This document shows positions 19,267 through 29,530 of a DNA stretch of 64,000 nt, piece after piece. The position numbers and the translations under genes are program-made. The DNA is taken from assembly GCA_016844925.1 (NCBI GenBank), contig JAERTI010000055.1, forward strand, positions 65,459 to 129,458, read 5' to 3'. Below the pieces are notes generated by a model that saw nothing but the letters and a program-made list of their open reading frames with translations, made no database searches and was not told the origin of the DNA. Origin of the DNA: Candidatus Uhrbacteria bacterium. GTDB lineage: Bacteria > Patescibacteriota > Patescibacteriia > UBA9934 > GWF2-40-263. Each line of letters begins with the position of its first letter. Position 1 is the stretch's first letter.

Positions 19267-22200
19267 ATGCACAACCCCGACACACCAACAAACCCGGACG
19301 ACGCTGGCGCCAACCCAGACGACACAACCGAGCCAACCGGTGCGGATACTGGTGCAGACACCGGCGCAGATACTGGCGCGAATCCAGACACAGGTACTGA
19401 CACCCCTGAAACCCCCGAGGCTGGTACGGAAACCCCCGAGGGTGAAGGTAATGATGAAAGCTCTCCCTTCAGTCGGATCGCTGATGCATTTCGAGAGAAA
19501 GCCGATCGGTTCATGACCATGCTTCGCGGTGAACGTCTTCCCGAGGAAGACGACACAGAGATGAGCAAGACGGAAATGGCTAAGCGTGGAGCAAAGGTTG
19601 GTATCAGTGTTCTGGCAACTCTTGGTGGATACAAGGGGGCATGGGATGTGCCTGCATGGTTTTATCAGAAGTTTTTCACCAACCCAGCAGAGCGCAAACG
19701 TATTAAAGAAGCTCTCGAAGAAGGTATAGATGAAGAAGATACTGCCTCATCTCCCCTTGAACAAAAACAACTTCAGATTCGTGCAGCGATTGAATCGTCC
19801 AAGTTTCTCTCGGCAGAAAAAAAGGAGAAGCTCTTTACGAAACTTCGTGACGCCATGACCACCCATGAGGGTGAGTTGGTCGCACTGGATAAAGAGCGCA
19901 ATGAGGCCATTGCTCAGCTCTTAGATGAATACATTACAACTCGCGTTAAGGGCACTGTCGCGCTCAAAGAAGGGGTCAACACAGCCCTGCATGCCGCTGC
20001 CGATGCCACAGGCCTGGGAGTCGCCATGCGCCTGGCGCGCTCTGGAACCTACGGAGCTGTCTCGCTCTATGAACGATGGGATCGCGTAAGCCAAGAACGT
20101 GAAACTGGCGCACGAGAAGGCGGACAGATGAAAGAGTTCATGAAAGGCTTCGGTGAAACCTGGGACAAACTTACGCTCAAAGGCGAAGGAACAAAGAAAG
20201 AAAAGGCCCTTGGCTTCGCGGCTGCTGCCGGAACTGTTGGAAGGTTCTTGGGCATGGGCGCTATTGGTGTAGAAGCCGGACTCGACACGGACGCCGGACA
20301 AGAAATGCTTAACAGCATGCTTGACAAGTTCGCAGGCGACAGTCTCCCTGATGCAGAAACAACTGCAGAAACCATCACCCCTGAAGTCGCTGGTGCTGAC
20401 ACCGGTGCTGAAGCAGTCACAGCCGAAGCTGCTGACGCTATTATCGCGGACACAGAGAGTGGCACCACAATCAGGCTTGGAGAGAGTACATTTGAAGCAT
20501 CGACTGAAGTGGGTGACGTCGGCCCGATCGAGTTTGAAACTCCTCAAATCGAATTAGGCACCGTGCGTACTGGCGATGGCATCTTGAAGACTCTTGAGAG
20601 ACAGATGGAGGCAGCTCCACAAAACTTTGGTTACGAAGGTGATCTGACTGATGCGAAGGCCATTGATGCTTGGGCAAAATCCACTGCCATGGAAGCCGCC
20701 CGTGAAAGCGGTGTGGTCTATGCCGGTGGCGATGTGCGCTTGGCAGAAAAAGCCATCGATAACCTCGCCGTCATGGCCAAACCAACGGCGGAAGGCGGCA
20801 TCAGCATCGTTCTTGTGAATAACGAGACCGGCGGATATCTCTCTTTGGAAGACGCAAAGGCTCAGGGGTTTACCTATGAGAGTGGAACTTACGCAGGGGG
20901 AGCAAAAGAAACTGAAGGAACGATTGCACGCCTTGATGAACTGAAGGAACGATCCGACGAACCAACATCTCTTGATTTTGAGCCAACCCCTGATGTCCCC
21001 CATTCCTTAGCGGGTGGAGCTATTCGATTTGAAGTTGGTCCGGGTGGAGAACTTGAATTCAAGCGTGTCATAGACACTGAGTGGTTCAATGAAAACAAAT
21101 CTTCATTGGAAGGCATGATCGATACTGGTGTCTTTGAGGAAAGTGTACCTGGTGCCATGGAAGGAGTGACCGACTCCACGGAGCGCCTAGCTGGATACAA
21201 AAAAATACTCATCGTCCTTGAAAAGAAAGGGCTATCAGAATCCGCTGAGGCAGACTTTATCCGACGTCGCATTGCCCTCGACCTTAAGACGTTGGATATT
21301 TACGCACCGAATTTTCTCAATGAAGAAAATCTTACGGATCTTGAAGACCTGTCTGCAGACGTTGATCTATCCACTCCTTTCACTGAACAGGTGGAGTCCT
21401 CAAATCAAATAGACACTATTCACGTACCTGGCATTGGAAAAGTTTCTTTTGAATACTCCTCAGACGGCACGCCGTCTATGGACTGGCAGAATCTCCAAGA
21501 TGAAATTGGCCCAGGTCTTCGTAGACAAGCAAAAGATCTTCTTACAAAAGGCTGGGAGGACGACTTTGGGGAGACGCGCGTTGGCTTCCTTACAGAGCAG
21601 GCAGCACAATCTGTAGCCGCAGAACTTTACCTAAAAAACCAAGCTCTCAACGAACTCATTACTGCCGGACATGACACTTCCCCTGAAGCAAAATTTCTTC
21701 AGCTATCTATTAAAGCCGACCTTCTTGGGAACGCCGGCATCCTTAATGAAGACAACCCTGTTATCAAATCCGCTCGAAGACTCACGGGTCTTGAGCCTAC
21801 AGTCGCAGCACCACCTGTTGCTGAGGTAGCAAAAACTGTTGAAAGCGTACCCCTTGAAACAGGTGCCCCTGAATTAACTGAAGTGCATGAGGAGGCAATG
21901 AGATTTATGGAGACAAATACGGAGCTTATTCAAGGATATCTTGATGCTGAACCAGGTGAGAAAGCAGATAGACTTTCTGCATTTGGTGAGAATTACGCCA
22001 CTCAGATTTACGAGATAAATAACGCGGGACTGGAGGGAAAGATGTCTATGGCAGGCGCTGATGGAACTCCTTTGGTTTTCGAGTTCGCTTTTGAAAAAAA
22101 TGGTGACGTCTTGGACTATACGATTACTGGACCAGATGGCACACACGCCAACTTTTCTATTGAAATCGATAGTGCAACGCGTGAGCCATCAACAATAACT

Positions 22201-22746
22201 ACATTCCTACCTTCAGAAGGGCCACCTGATGGTCACTTGCACGAGGCACCACCTGCACCTGAAGTGCCAGCGGGGCCCTCAGAAGGTCTTGAGAAAGCTC
22301 CGTTTGGAAACATGAAGTTCGATATTGCAGGAAAGGGTGATGTGCGCTTCACTTATGATGAAGATGGAAATGTAGACGATGTCTTCGTGCCTGGAAAATG
22401 GAACACGAATAGAGGTCTCATGAAAATTGCTTTGGCTGAGCAAGGCTACACCCCTGACAGCATCTCCGATGCATTTAGCGAAAGACGTGGAGGCTTGGGT
22501 CCAAAGGTTGATGGTGAATATGTCGCCCGAGATGCTCCTAAATACGCCGATACAGACACGAGTCACACTGGAGCTACTGCCGAAGATGAGGCACGAGCTT
22601 TTACGAAAAGCGTAACCAAACTGTATGTCCAAGAACGGGCACTAGAAGAAATGGCGCTACAGGACCTCGAAGACACACCAGAATACGCCGTACTAAAAGC
22701 CAAAACGGAATGGCTACGTGGAATCGTTGAAAAAGACCGTCCTTAA
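19267..22746 (+). CDS. Giant hypothetical protein (~1159 aa) with low-complexity acidic N-terminus (GADTGADTGADT, TDTPETPEAG)
   Basis: It is a single long ORF. The start is placed at the first ATG after the upstream stop. Confidence 0.6.
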   Translation: MHNPDTPTNPDDAGANPDDTTEPTGADTGADTGADTGANPDTGTDTPETPEAGTETPEGEGNDESSPFSRIADAFREKADRFMTMLRGERLPEEDDTEMSKTEMAKRGAKVGISVLATLGGYKGAWDVPAWFYQKFFTNPAERKRIKEALEEGIDEEDTASSPLEQKQLQIRAAIESSKFLSAEKKEKLFTKLRDAMTTHEGELVALDKERNEAIAQLLDEYITTRVKGTVALKEGVNTALHAAADATGLGVAMRLARSGTYGAVSLYERWDRVSQERETGAREGGQMKEFMKGFGETWDKLTLKGEGTKKEKALGFAAAAGTVGRFLGMGAIGVEAGLDTDAGQEMLNSMLDKFAGDSLPDAETTAETITPEVAGADTGAEAVTAEAADAIIADTESGTTIRLGESTFEASTEVGDVGPIEFETPQIELGTVRTGDGILKTLERQMEAAPQNFGYEGDLTDAKAIDAWAKSTAMEAARESGVVYAGGDVRLAEKAIDNLAVMAKPTAEGGISIVLVNNETGGYLSLEDAKAQGFTYESGTYAGGAKETEGTIARLDELKERSDEPTSLDFEPTPDVPHSLAGGAIRFEVGPGGELEFKRVIDTEWFNENKSSLEGMIDTGVFEESVPGAMEGVTDSTERLAGYKKILIVLEKKGLSESAEADFIRRRIALDLKTLDIYAPNFLNEENLTDLEDLSADVDLSTPFTEQVESSNQIDTIHVPGIGKVSFEYSSDGTPSMDWQNLQDEIGPGLRRQAKDLLTKGWEDDFGETRVGFLTEQAAQSVAAELYLKNQALNELITAGHDTSPEAKFLQLSIKADLLGNAGILNEDNPVIKSARRLTGLEPTVAAPPVAEVAKTVESVPLETGAPELTEVHEEAMRFMETNTELIQGYLDAEPGEKADRLSAFGENYATQIYEINNAGLEGKMSMAGADGTPLVFEFAFEKNGDVLDYTITGPDGTHANFSIEIDSATREPSTITTFLPSEGPPDGHLHEAPPAPEVPAGPSEGLEKAPFGNMKFDIAGKGDVRFTYDEDGNVDDVFVPGKWNTNRGLMKIALAEQGYTPDSISDAFSERRGGLGPKVDGEYVARDAPKYADTDTSHTGATAEDEARAFTKSVTKLYVQERALEEMALQDLEDTPEYAVLKAKTEWLRGIVEKDRP

Positions 22747-23270
22747 ACCTGATAGTGCAGCAACACCGCTTGATCATTGAGCTTCGTCGTATCGACGAGG
22801 CTCATTTCAATTCGGTCGAATCCAGAAGCGAGCGGGACACCCCCACCGAACAAGATGGGTTCAATGGTGAGGTAAAGGTCTGTCACAAGACCTGCTTGAA
22901 GAAACTGTGAGTACACACTGGAACCACCGGCCACAACGAGCCCCTCCACACCATCACGCTTCAATCCTTCAACAAGCTCCTCGACAGGCATCATCGCGTA
23001 CTCAACTGAACCCTCAGCAGGAACCTGATCCATGGGGGCAAAGCGTGGCTGCAGCTCGACATCCTTCGAGAGCACGACCGTGCGGCGCCCCGGGAGCGCC
23101 TTACCAATCGTCTCAAACGTGGTCTGCCCCATCACTAGGGTGCCGACCTCTTTTGTTTTATCAATAAAAAAACGGGTATCTTCCTTACTCGTCCAATCCA
23201 GAGAATTTTGATGAGGGCCCTCAGCGATCTTTCCATCCGCGCTCATGGCGGCGATAACGATAATGTTCAT
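22743..23270 (-). CDS. Dihydrofolate reductase family protein (RibD C-terminal domain type)
   Basis: 175 aa. The N-terminus MNIIVIAAMSADGKI is DHFR-like. It overlaps the thyA stop by 4 nt (ATGA). Confidence 0.7.
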   Translation of the reverse strand: MNIIVIAAMSADGKIAEGPHQNSLDWTSKEDTRFFIDKTKEVGTLVMGQTTFETIGKALPGRRTVVLSKDVELQPRFAPMDQVPAEGSVEYAMMPVEELVEGLKRDGVEGLVVAGGSSVYSQFLQAGLVTDLYLTIEPILFGGGVPLASGFDRIEMSLVDTTKLNDQAVLLHYQV

Positions 23271-24100
23271 ACAGCAATCTGCATCTTTTTTACCGGCGCA
23301 GCTGGCTTGTACTGTGCCTTAAACATCTTAAAGAGCTCGTGAACCAACTCCGCATCACCCTCTAGGGCTCGCTGAAATGATCGCTCTGGGAGCTGACAGA
23401 AGATCTCGTCATGACTGTGCTCATCACGCTCGACAAGCTCTTCAACCTGATCGTAATGATTCTCGTAGATGTGCGCGTGAGAAATCGAAACCGTCAACTT
23501 CCCGACTCCGACTCCGAGCTCCTGCGCAAGCATGGCCTGCAGGAGCGCGAAGCCCGCGGTATCGTGTGGGTTGCCAAGCATCATGTCGTTGGATCGAATC
23601 ACAAGATGCACGTTCAACTTTCCGCCGATAATATTCGCTGTCCAACAGAACGGACACGGAACGTTTTTCTTTTTTGGTGCCGTGAGCCCATCGTCTGACG
23701 GATCCCACATCAAAACGACCCCCTGACGAGACGTGGGTTCGTCCCGTAGGTGCTGCACAAGATCCAGAAGTTGGTCGCGACCAAAATGATGACGCCAACG
23801 ATACCCATAGGCACACTCAATCGTGCCATCTTCCTCGGCAAATTGATCCCAAATCTTTGTGAACTGTCGCAGAAAATCAAGATGCTTCTCCCCCATGACC
23901 ATCCAAACAACCTCAGCGCAAAACAGACGCACAGGAATCTTTCTCAGTGTCAGTAGCGGAAACCCTTGTGAGGGTTCGAGTTCATACGTGAGCCCAGGGA
24001 GCGCTCGAGTTGATAAACCCGTCCGATCCGAAAACACCTCATCCCCCCGTTGATAGACACGTGCGATCGCGTCTTTGTAAAGCGCATCAAAGTTCGTCAT
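23267..24100 (-). CDS. thyA: Thymidylate synthase ThyA
   Basis: 277 aa. Motifs include DRTG and the catalytic PC within VPCPFCW. IRSNDMMLGNPHDTAGFALL matches ThyA. Confidence 0.9.
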   Translation of the reverse strand: MTNFDALYKDAIARVYQRGDEVFSDRTGLSTRALPGLTYELEPSQGFPLLTLRKIPVRLFCAEVVWMVMGEKHLDFLRQFTKIWDQFAEEDGTIECAYGYRWRHHFGRDQLLDLVQHLRDEPTSRQGVVLMWDPSDDGLTAPKKKNVPCPFCWTANIIGGKLNVHLVIRSNDMMLGNPHDTAGFALLQAMLAQELGVGVGKLTVSISHAHIYENHYDQVEELVERDEHSHDEIFCQLPERSFQRALEGDAELVHELFKMFKAQYKPAAPVKKMQIAV

Positions 24101-24208
24101 AGCCCCCCAACTTTAGCACTGGCGGTCCGTGGTTTCCACCAGCCGTTTTTTTGTCTAAAATAGGTACGTTATTCATTAGCTGTGGACAAGTTTAGATTTG
24201 ATACACTT

Positions 24209-24925
24209 ATGAAGAGACCTGGTAGGTTCATTATGGTCGACGGCATGACTGGCTCGGGAAAATCGACGGTCATCAATGCTGTACAAACTTGGGCGCAGTC
24301 CTGTGATCACAAAATCTTCTCACTGAACGATTGGCAGCAAGATGAGCCGCCACGGTTCGAAGACATCCCAGACTACGACATCTACTTCACCTACGAACCA
24401 ACACGCACCTGGGTCGGACGCGCCATTCGCTACGAACTCTCGCGTGCAGACCAACCCTACGGGGGTGAAGAACTCGCGCACGCCTTCGCGCTCGACCGAC
24501 AAATCATGTACCGACGCCTGATCATCCCAGCGCTCCAAGCGGGCAAGATGATTATCCAGGATCGAGGTGTCTCCTCTTCCCTGGTCTACCAGCCAGTCAT
24601 GCCAGATTCTGTGCCCCTGGAAACCGTGAAGACTCTGCCTGGCAACGCGCTCGCGCTTGAGCACGCTCCTGATGCACTCATCCTCACCAAGCTCAGTGCA
24701 CAGATCGCACACACACGTCTACAAACACGAGCCGGAGACTCAAAGGGGGTCTTCATGAATCTCGACTTTCTAAAAAAACAGGAGGAACGTTTTGCCAGCA
24801 CTTGGCTTAAGGAGCTCTTTGAGCAGCACGGCTCAAAACTCTTTACCCTTGACACGTCCGGGACCATGGAAGAATCCCGACAGGCCGCAACGGACCTTAT
24901 CGATCATATTTTGACCACGTGCTAG
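24209..24925 (+). CDS. tmk: P-loop nucleoside monophosphate kinase, thymidylate kinase-like
   Basis: The Walker A motif is VDGMTGSGKST and a DRG motif is present. The adjacent thyA context supports the call. Confidence 0.55.
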   Translation: MKRPGRFIMVDGMTGSGKSTVINAVQTWAQSCDHKIFSLNDWQQDEPPRFEDIPDYDIYFTYEPTRTWVGRAIRYELSRADQPYGGEELAHAFALDRQIMYRRLIIPALQAGKMIIQDRGVSSSLVYQPVMPDSVPLETVKTLPGNALALEHAPDALILTKLSAQIAHTRLQTRAGDSKGVFMNLDFLKKQEERFASTWLKELFEQHGSKLFTLDTSGTMEESRQAATDLIDHILTTC

Positions 24926-24927
24926 CT

Positions 24928-25800
24928 ATGCCTAAACAGCTCATTTCCGTCGGACAACTTATTGACCAATCGTGGGAGATCTATAGATCACGTTTTGTTC
25001 CCCTCATGACCATCTCTGGCTGGCTTGTGTTAACGGCCGTCTTCTACGCCATTGCCTTAGCGTTTTACCCATCTGCCAGCGTGCTGCAAACAGGTGCTGG
25101 GCTCACAACGTTTGAGGCGTTTGGTGTGGTGTTCTTCATGATCACAACACTCGTCCTTGCTCCCATTATCAGCTTCTGGATCTACACCTCTATTGGACGC
25201 GCTTTGTCCATGCACTTTGCGCGACGCACACCCAATACCAAAAAGGCCATGCTTCAGGGAAAGGATGTTTTTCTTCAGGCCCTGCTCACCTCAGCCATGG
25301 TCATGCTCATGATCCTGCTCGCGATCGTCATCGGTTTTGGGCCAGCTATTTTCCTCGCGACCGTTGCTGCACTCGCCAACGCCTCTTCACTCGTTATTCT
25401 AGCGAACATCCTGCTCATTGTTGGCATCTTTGTTGCGCTCTTTTTCTCCATTAAGTGGCTCGTCTACTACATTCTCGCTCCTCTCATCACCATCCTTGAT
25501 GGGGACCGTGGCAAAGCCGCGTTGATCAAAAGCCGTTCCCTCATCGAGGGCCGCTTCTGGGACGTGCTCATGCGCGTGAGTGTGCCAAAACTTGTCTTCT
25601 TCATCTTCGGTGTGTTTGCCATGTCCATCTTCAGCTACGTTGTCGGCATCCTCATTGATGCCAGTGGTGGAATCAATCTAGACCTGCAGGTACGCATCAG
25701 CACCATGGTGCAAACCATTGTACCGATAGTCATCGCCGCCTTTATCAACCCTCTCATCATTATCTCCGACGTCCTGCTCCTGCGATCACTTGAAGAATAA
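24928..25800 (+). CDS. Polytopic membrane protein, paralog 1
   Basis: It has about 7 TM helices. It is paralogous to the downstream gene. Confidence 0.5.
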   Translation: MPKQLISVGQLIDQSWEIYRSRFVPLMTISGWLVLTAVFYAIALAFYPSASVLQTGAGLTTFEAFGVVFFMITTLVLAPIISFWIYTSIGRALSMHFARRTPNTKKAMLQGKDVFLQALLTSAMVMLMILLAIVIGFGPAIFLATVAALANASSLVILANILLIVGIFVALFFSIKWLVYYILAPLITILDGDRGKAALIKSRSLIEGRFWDVLMRVSVPKLVFFIFGVFAMSIFSYVVGILIDASGGINLDLQVRISTMVQTIVPIVIAAFINPLIIISDVLLLRSLEE

Positions 25801-25802
25801 CT

Positions 25803-26540
25803 ATGCTCATGACTGCAACGGAACTCCTGAAAGAAAGCCTACAACTTTACCGAAAACAATTTTGGCTCTTTGTCGGATACGCCGCGTGGCTCCTCGTGCC
25901 ATTTGCGGCGTTTGTGATTTTAATGTCCACTCCAGAGCACCCAGCGATTCTCGGCCTCGCCATCTTGGCGGCCTTGGGAGAACTCTTCGTAGGGCTCTGG
26001 ATCACGATTACGATTGTCCTTCTGACTAAGCAACTCTCCGAAGGAACCGATCTTGATGCTGCCCAAACCTCTCGCAACGCCCTCATGGGGATTCAAAATC
26101 TTCTTGCGACCATCTTTCTCCAAATCCTTATCGTCCTTGGAGGATTCCTCCTCTTGATTATCCCCGGCATCATGTTTGCCATCTGGTACGGACTGTCTCA
26201 GACAGCCGCCGTGATCGACGGCAAGCGCCCCATCGATGCCCTCTCCACGAGCCGCTCCCTTGTCCGCGGCAGGTTCGCTCCTGTTGCCTGGCGCATGATT
26301 AGCGTTCCCATCGGTATGTGGATTGTCTATTCCATTATCGTCGGTGGTGTCATCTATATCATCGCGGGATTAGCCGGCCTGGACCCCGTGACCGTCCTCT
26401 CGGAGGAGCCCGCCATCTGGGTAGAAATCCTAGAAGCTGTTGGGGAAATCTTCCTCATCCCACTAGCACTCATCTACTCCACTCTCCTCTACCTCGATTT
26501 GAAAAACCACCCACTTGAAGCCCCTGAAAAAGTCGCGTAA
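25803..26540 (+). CDS. Polytopic membrane protein, paralog 2
   Basis: It has similar topology and N-terminal sequence (LIDQSWEIYRSRF compared with LLKESLQLYRKQF). Confidence 0.5.
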   Translation: MLMTATELLKESLQLYRKQFWLFVGYAAWLLVPFAAFVILMSTPEHPAILGLAILAALGELFVGLWITITIVLLTKQLSEGTDLDAAQTSRNALMGIQNLLATIFLQILIVLGGFLLLIIPGIMFAIWYGLSQTAAVIDGKRPIDALSTSRSLVRGRFAPVAWRMISVPIGMWIVYSIIVGGVIYIIAGLAGLDPVTVLSEEPAIWVEILEAVGEIFLIPLALIYSTLLYLDLKNHPLEAPEKVA

Positions 26541-26552
26541 CCTCCTGTGCAT

Positions 26553-28067
26553 ATGAAATACGAGCCGATTATTGGACTTGAAATTCACGTTCAGCTGAAA
26601 ACCAAAACGAAAATGTTTTGCGGCTGTCCTACCCACGACAGTGCGGTGGCACCCAACACGAACGTCTGCCCTATCTGCCTAGGTCACCCAGGTGTCCTTC
26701 CTGTCCCAAACGTTCAAGCCATTCGCTATGGCGTACGCATGGGTCTAGCACTCAATTGCGATATCGCTCCGCACAGCAAGTTTGACCGAAAGAACTACTT
26801 CTACCCAGACCTTCCCAAGGCCTACCAAATTTCTCAATTCGATCTCCCAATCGCTGAAAACGGTCACGTCGACATCGTTGTGCCAGGAGCGGAGCGTGAA
26901 GCTGTGCGTATTGGTATCACACGCGCGCACCTTGAAGAGGACGCTGCCAAGAACGTTCATGGGGATGACGGAGCCACGTATGTCGACTTCAACCGTGGAG
27001 GCACCCCGCTCGTAGAGATCGTGACCGAGCCAGATTTTCGATCCGCACGAGAGGCAAAAATCTTCTTGCAAGAACTCCGTTTGATTGCCCGCTATCTTGG
27101 TGTTTCAAGCGCCGACATGGAGAAGGGGCACATGCGCTGCGATGCAAACATCTCGCTTCGAGAGATCGATGCAGACGGCAAGCCGACCACCACGGCCTTC
27201 AATCCAAAAACAGAAATCAAGAACCTGAACAGCTTCCGTCACGTGGAGCGCGCCATTGAGCACGAGATTCAGCGCCAGACAAAACTCTGGGAGGCTGATA
27301 CCCCTCCGATGGAAAGCACCACACGTGGCTGGGACGATGCCAAGGGTGTCACGGTCGGACAACGCTCAAAGGAAGATGCCGCCGACTATCGCTACTTCCC
27401 CGAGCCAGACATTCCCCCACTCAAACTCGCAGAGATGGCAGACGAGGAACGTGGCCAGCTCCCAGAGCTTCCAGCGGCGCGACGCGCACGCTTTGAAGAA
27501 GAGTACGCGCTCAAACCATCAGACGCTCGACAAATGTGCGATGATCCAGCGCTCGCTGATTTCACAGAGCACGTCTTCTCTGAACTGCACGCCTGGCTGG
27601 ATTCACTCGACGATGTCGAAGACATCGAGACTGAGAAGAAAAAACTTGGGAAGCTCGTAGCCAGCTGGCTCCTCTCCCGCCTCGGCGGCCTGCTCTCAGA
27701 GCGATCTATCGATGTGCGCATCATGAAGATCAATCCTGAGAACTTCGCTGAATTCGTCACCCTTATAGCCACTCGCAAGCTCAACAACGCAGGTGGACTG
27801 AAGGTGTTGGGGATCATGCTTGAAAGCGGAGAAGACCCAACCCACATCATGGAAGACCAACAACTCGGCCGCATGGAAGACGAAGGTGCTATTGCCAAGA
27901 TTGTGACCCGTGTAATCGAGAGCCATCCAGAAGAAGTTGCTCGCTACAAGGCCGGTGAAGAGCAGCTGATTAAGTTCCTGATCGGCATGGTCATGAAGGC
28001 CTCAGAAGGTACCGCTGATGCAGGGATCGCAAAAAACATGTTGCTTGTTGAACTAAAAGCAGAATAG
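26553..28067 (+). CDS. gatB: Asp/Glu-tRNA amidotransferase subunit B
   Basis: The N-terminus MKYEPIIGLEIHVQL matches the GatB N-terminus. A GatB/YqeY C-terminal domain is present. Confidence 0.9.
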   Translation: MKYEPIIGLEIHVQLKTKTKMFCGCPTHDSAVAPNTNVCPICLGHPGVLPVPNVQAIRYGVRMGLALNCDIAPHSKFDRKNYFYPDLPKAYQISQFDLPIAENGHVDIVVPGAEREAVRIGITRAHLEEDAAKNVHGDDGATYVDFNRGGTPLVEIVTEPDFRSAREAKIFLQELRLIARYLGVSSADMEKGHMRCDANISLREIDADGKPTTTAFNPKTEIKNLNSFRHVERAIEHEIQRQTKLWEADTPPMESTTRGWDDAKGVTVGQRSKEDAADYRYFPEPDIPPLKLAEMADEERGQLPELPAARRARFEEEYALKPSDARQMCDDPALADFTEHVFSELHAWLDSLDDVEDIETEKKKLGKLVASWLLSRLGGLLSERSIDVRIMKINPENFAEFVTLIATRKLNNAGGLKVLGIMLESGEDPTHIMEDQQLGRMEDEGAIAKIVTRVIESHPEEVARYKAGEEQLIKFLIGMVMKASEGTADAGIAKNMLLVELKAE

Positions 28068-28069
28068 CT

Positions 28070-28540
28070 ATGGCAACAAATCGATTTCTAGGACACTTGG
28101 TTGTTGCTGGTTTTGTAGAACGTGACGGAAAACTCCTCGTGATCCGAGAACGTGTCCCCCACGATGATCCAGACGCCCCGATTGTCATGAACCAACCAGC
28201 AGGGCATGTCGAGACAAAAGAAACGTTTAGTCAGGCCGTTGTTCGAGAAGTTCTCGAAGAGACGGGCTATAACGTCAAACCCATCGATCTCGTTGGGATC
28301 TATCAAAAAGTGACAGAAGACGCGACCATCGTCTACGCCTCATTTCGATGCGAGCTCACGGACCCAGAACAGCACCCCATCGAAGCGCCAGAAATCATCG
28401 AAACGCTCTGGCTTACCGAGGAAGAAGTCATGGCACGACAGGATGAGCACCGCTCATCAACGACCACGAGTCGCTTCAAAGATTTCTTTGCTGGCAAACA
28501 ACTCCCCCTTGAGACCATTACACAATTCGATTGGAACTAA
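28070..28540 (+). CDS. NUDIX hydrolase
   Basis: The Nudix box is GHVETKETFSQAVVREVLEETG. Confidence 0.75.
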   Translation: MATNRFLGHLVVAGFVERDGKLLVIRERVPHDDPDAPIVMNQPAGHVETKETFSQAVVREVLEETGYNVKPIDLVGIYQKVTEDATIVYASFRCELTDPEQHPIEAPEIIETLWLTEEEVMARQDEHRSSTTTSRFKDFFAGKQLPLETITQFDWN

Positions 28541-28555
28541 TCAAAAGCCCACGGA

Positions 28556-29530
28556 TTACTCCGTGGGTTTTTTGGTTAAAAAGTTTCGCACAAACAAGGT
28601 GGCTCTTTCGTGTTCACCAGGCTTGATCCACTCGACCCCCTCCACCCGCTTGAGCCACGTCATCTGACGCTTGGCGTAGTGGCGCGTGTCTCGTTTAATG
28701 TGCTCAATGGCGTCTGCGAGCTTTTCCTCACCAGAGAGGAATGCGCAAACCTGCCGATAACCGATCCCCGTCATAGCATCAATCTCACAACCGTAGGCAT
28801 CCTTGAGTCCGCGCACCTCGTCGATGAGCCCGCGACCAATCATCTCGTCCACACGGTCATCAATACGCGCGTACAGCTGCTGACGATCAACACGCAGGCC
28901 AATCTGCAACACATCATACTGTGGCTCCCCAGCGGTCTTCAACTGCGAAAACGGCGTCCCTGTAAGCTTTGTCACCTCCAGCGCACGTACCACCCGCCGT
29001 TTATTGCTCTTGTCGATCGTCTGAGCGCCCTCAGGATCGAGCTGCTTATATTCATGATACAAGTCCCCTAAACGTCTATTCTCAAGCTCCTGGCGCAATT
29101 CTGGATCACTTGGCGTTGATGCTAGGTCGAGATTCTCAATGAGAGCCTTCATCCACATCCCTGTACCCCCAACCAGAATCGGCAACTTCCCGCGTGCGGT
29201 GATCTCCTCAATCTTGCGTTCAGCATATTCTTTAAATCGCGCCGCGGAATACTCCTCGTTTGGATCGACAAGATCGATCCCCCAGTGAGGCACCCCTTCA
29301 ACCAAAAACGTTTTACGTGCACCAAACATCTGATCGATGCTCCCGCCTTTTTCAATCTCAGACTCGACCCACTCCCCCTCAGACTTTGCGGTCCCAATGT
29401 CCATGCCGCGATACACCTGCCTAGAGTCGACCGAGATCACCTCTCCGTCAAACGTCTTGGCAAGCGCAATACCCAAGGAAGTCTTCCCTGAAGCCGTTGG
29501 CCCCACGATGGCTATGATCTTTGGTTTCAT
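28556..29530 (-). CDS. miaA: tRNA dimethylallyltransferase MiaA
   Basis: The P-loop is GPTASGKT. It overlaps miaB by 4 nt. Confidence 0.9.
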   Translation of the reverse strand: MKPKIIAIVGPTASGKTSLGIALAKTFDGEVISVDSRQVYRGMDIGTAKSEGEWVESEIEKGGSIDQMFGARKTFLVEGVPHWGIDLVDPNEEYSAARFKEYAERKIEEITARGKLPILVGGTGMWMKALIENLDLASTPSDPELRQELENRRLGDLYHEYKQLDPEGAQTIDKSNKRRVVRALEVTKLTGTPFSQLKTAGEPQYDVLQIGLRVDRQQLYARIDDRVDEMIGRGLIDEVRGLKDAYGCEIDAMTGIGYRQVCAFLSGEEKLADAIEHIKRDTRHYAKRQMTWLKRVEGVEWIKPGEHERATLFVRNFLTKKPTE

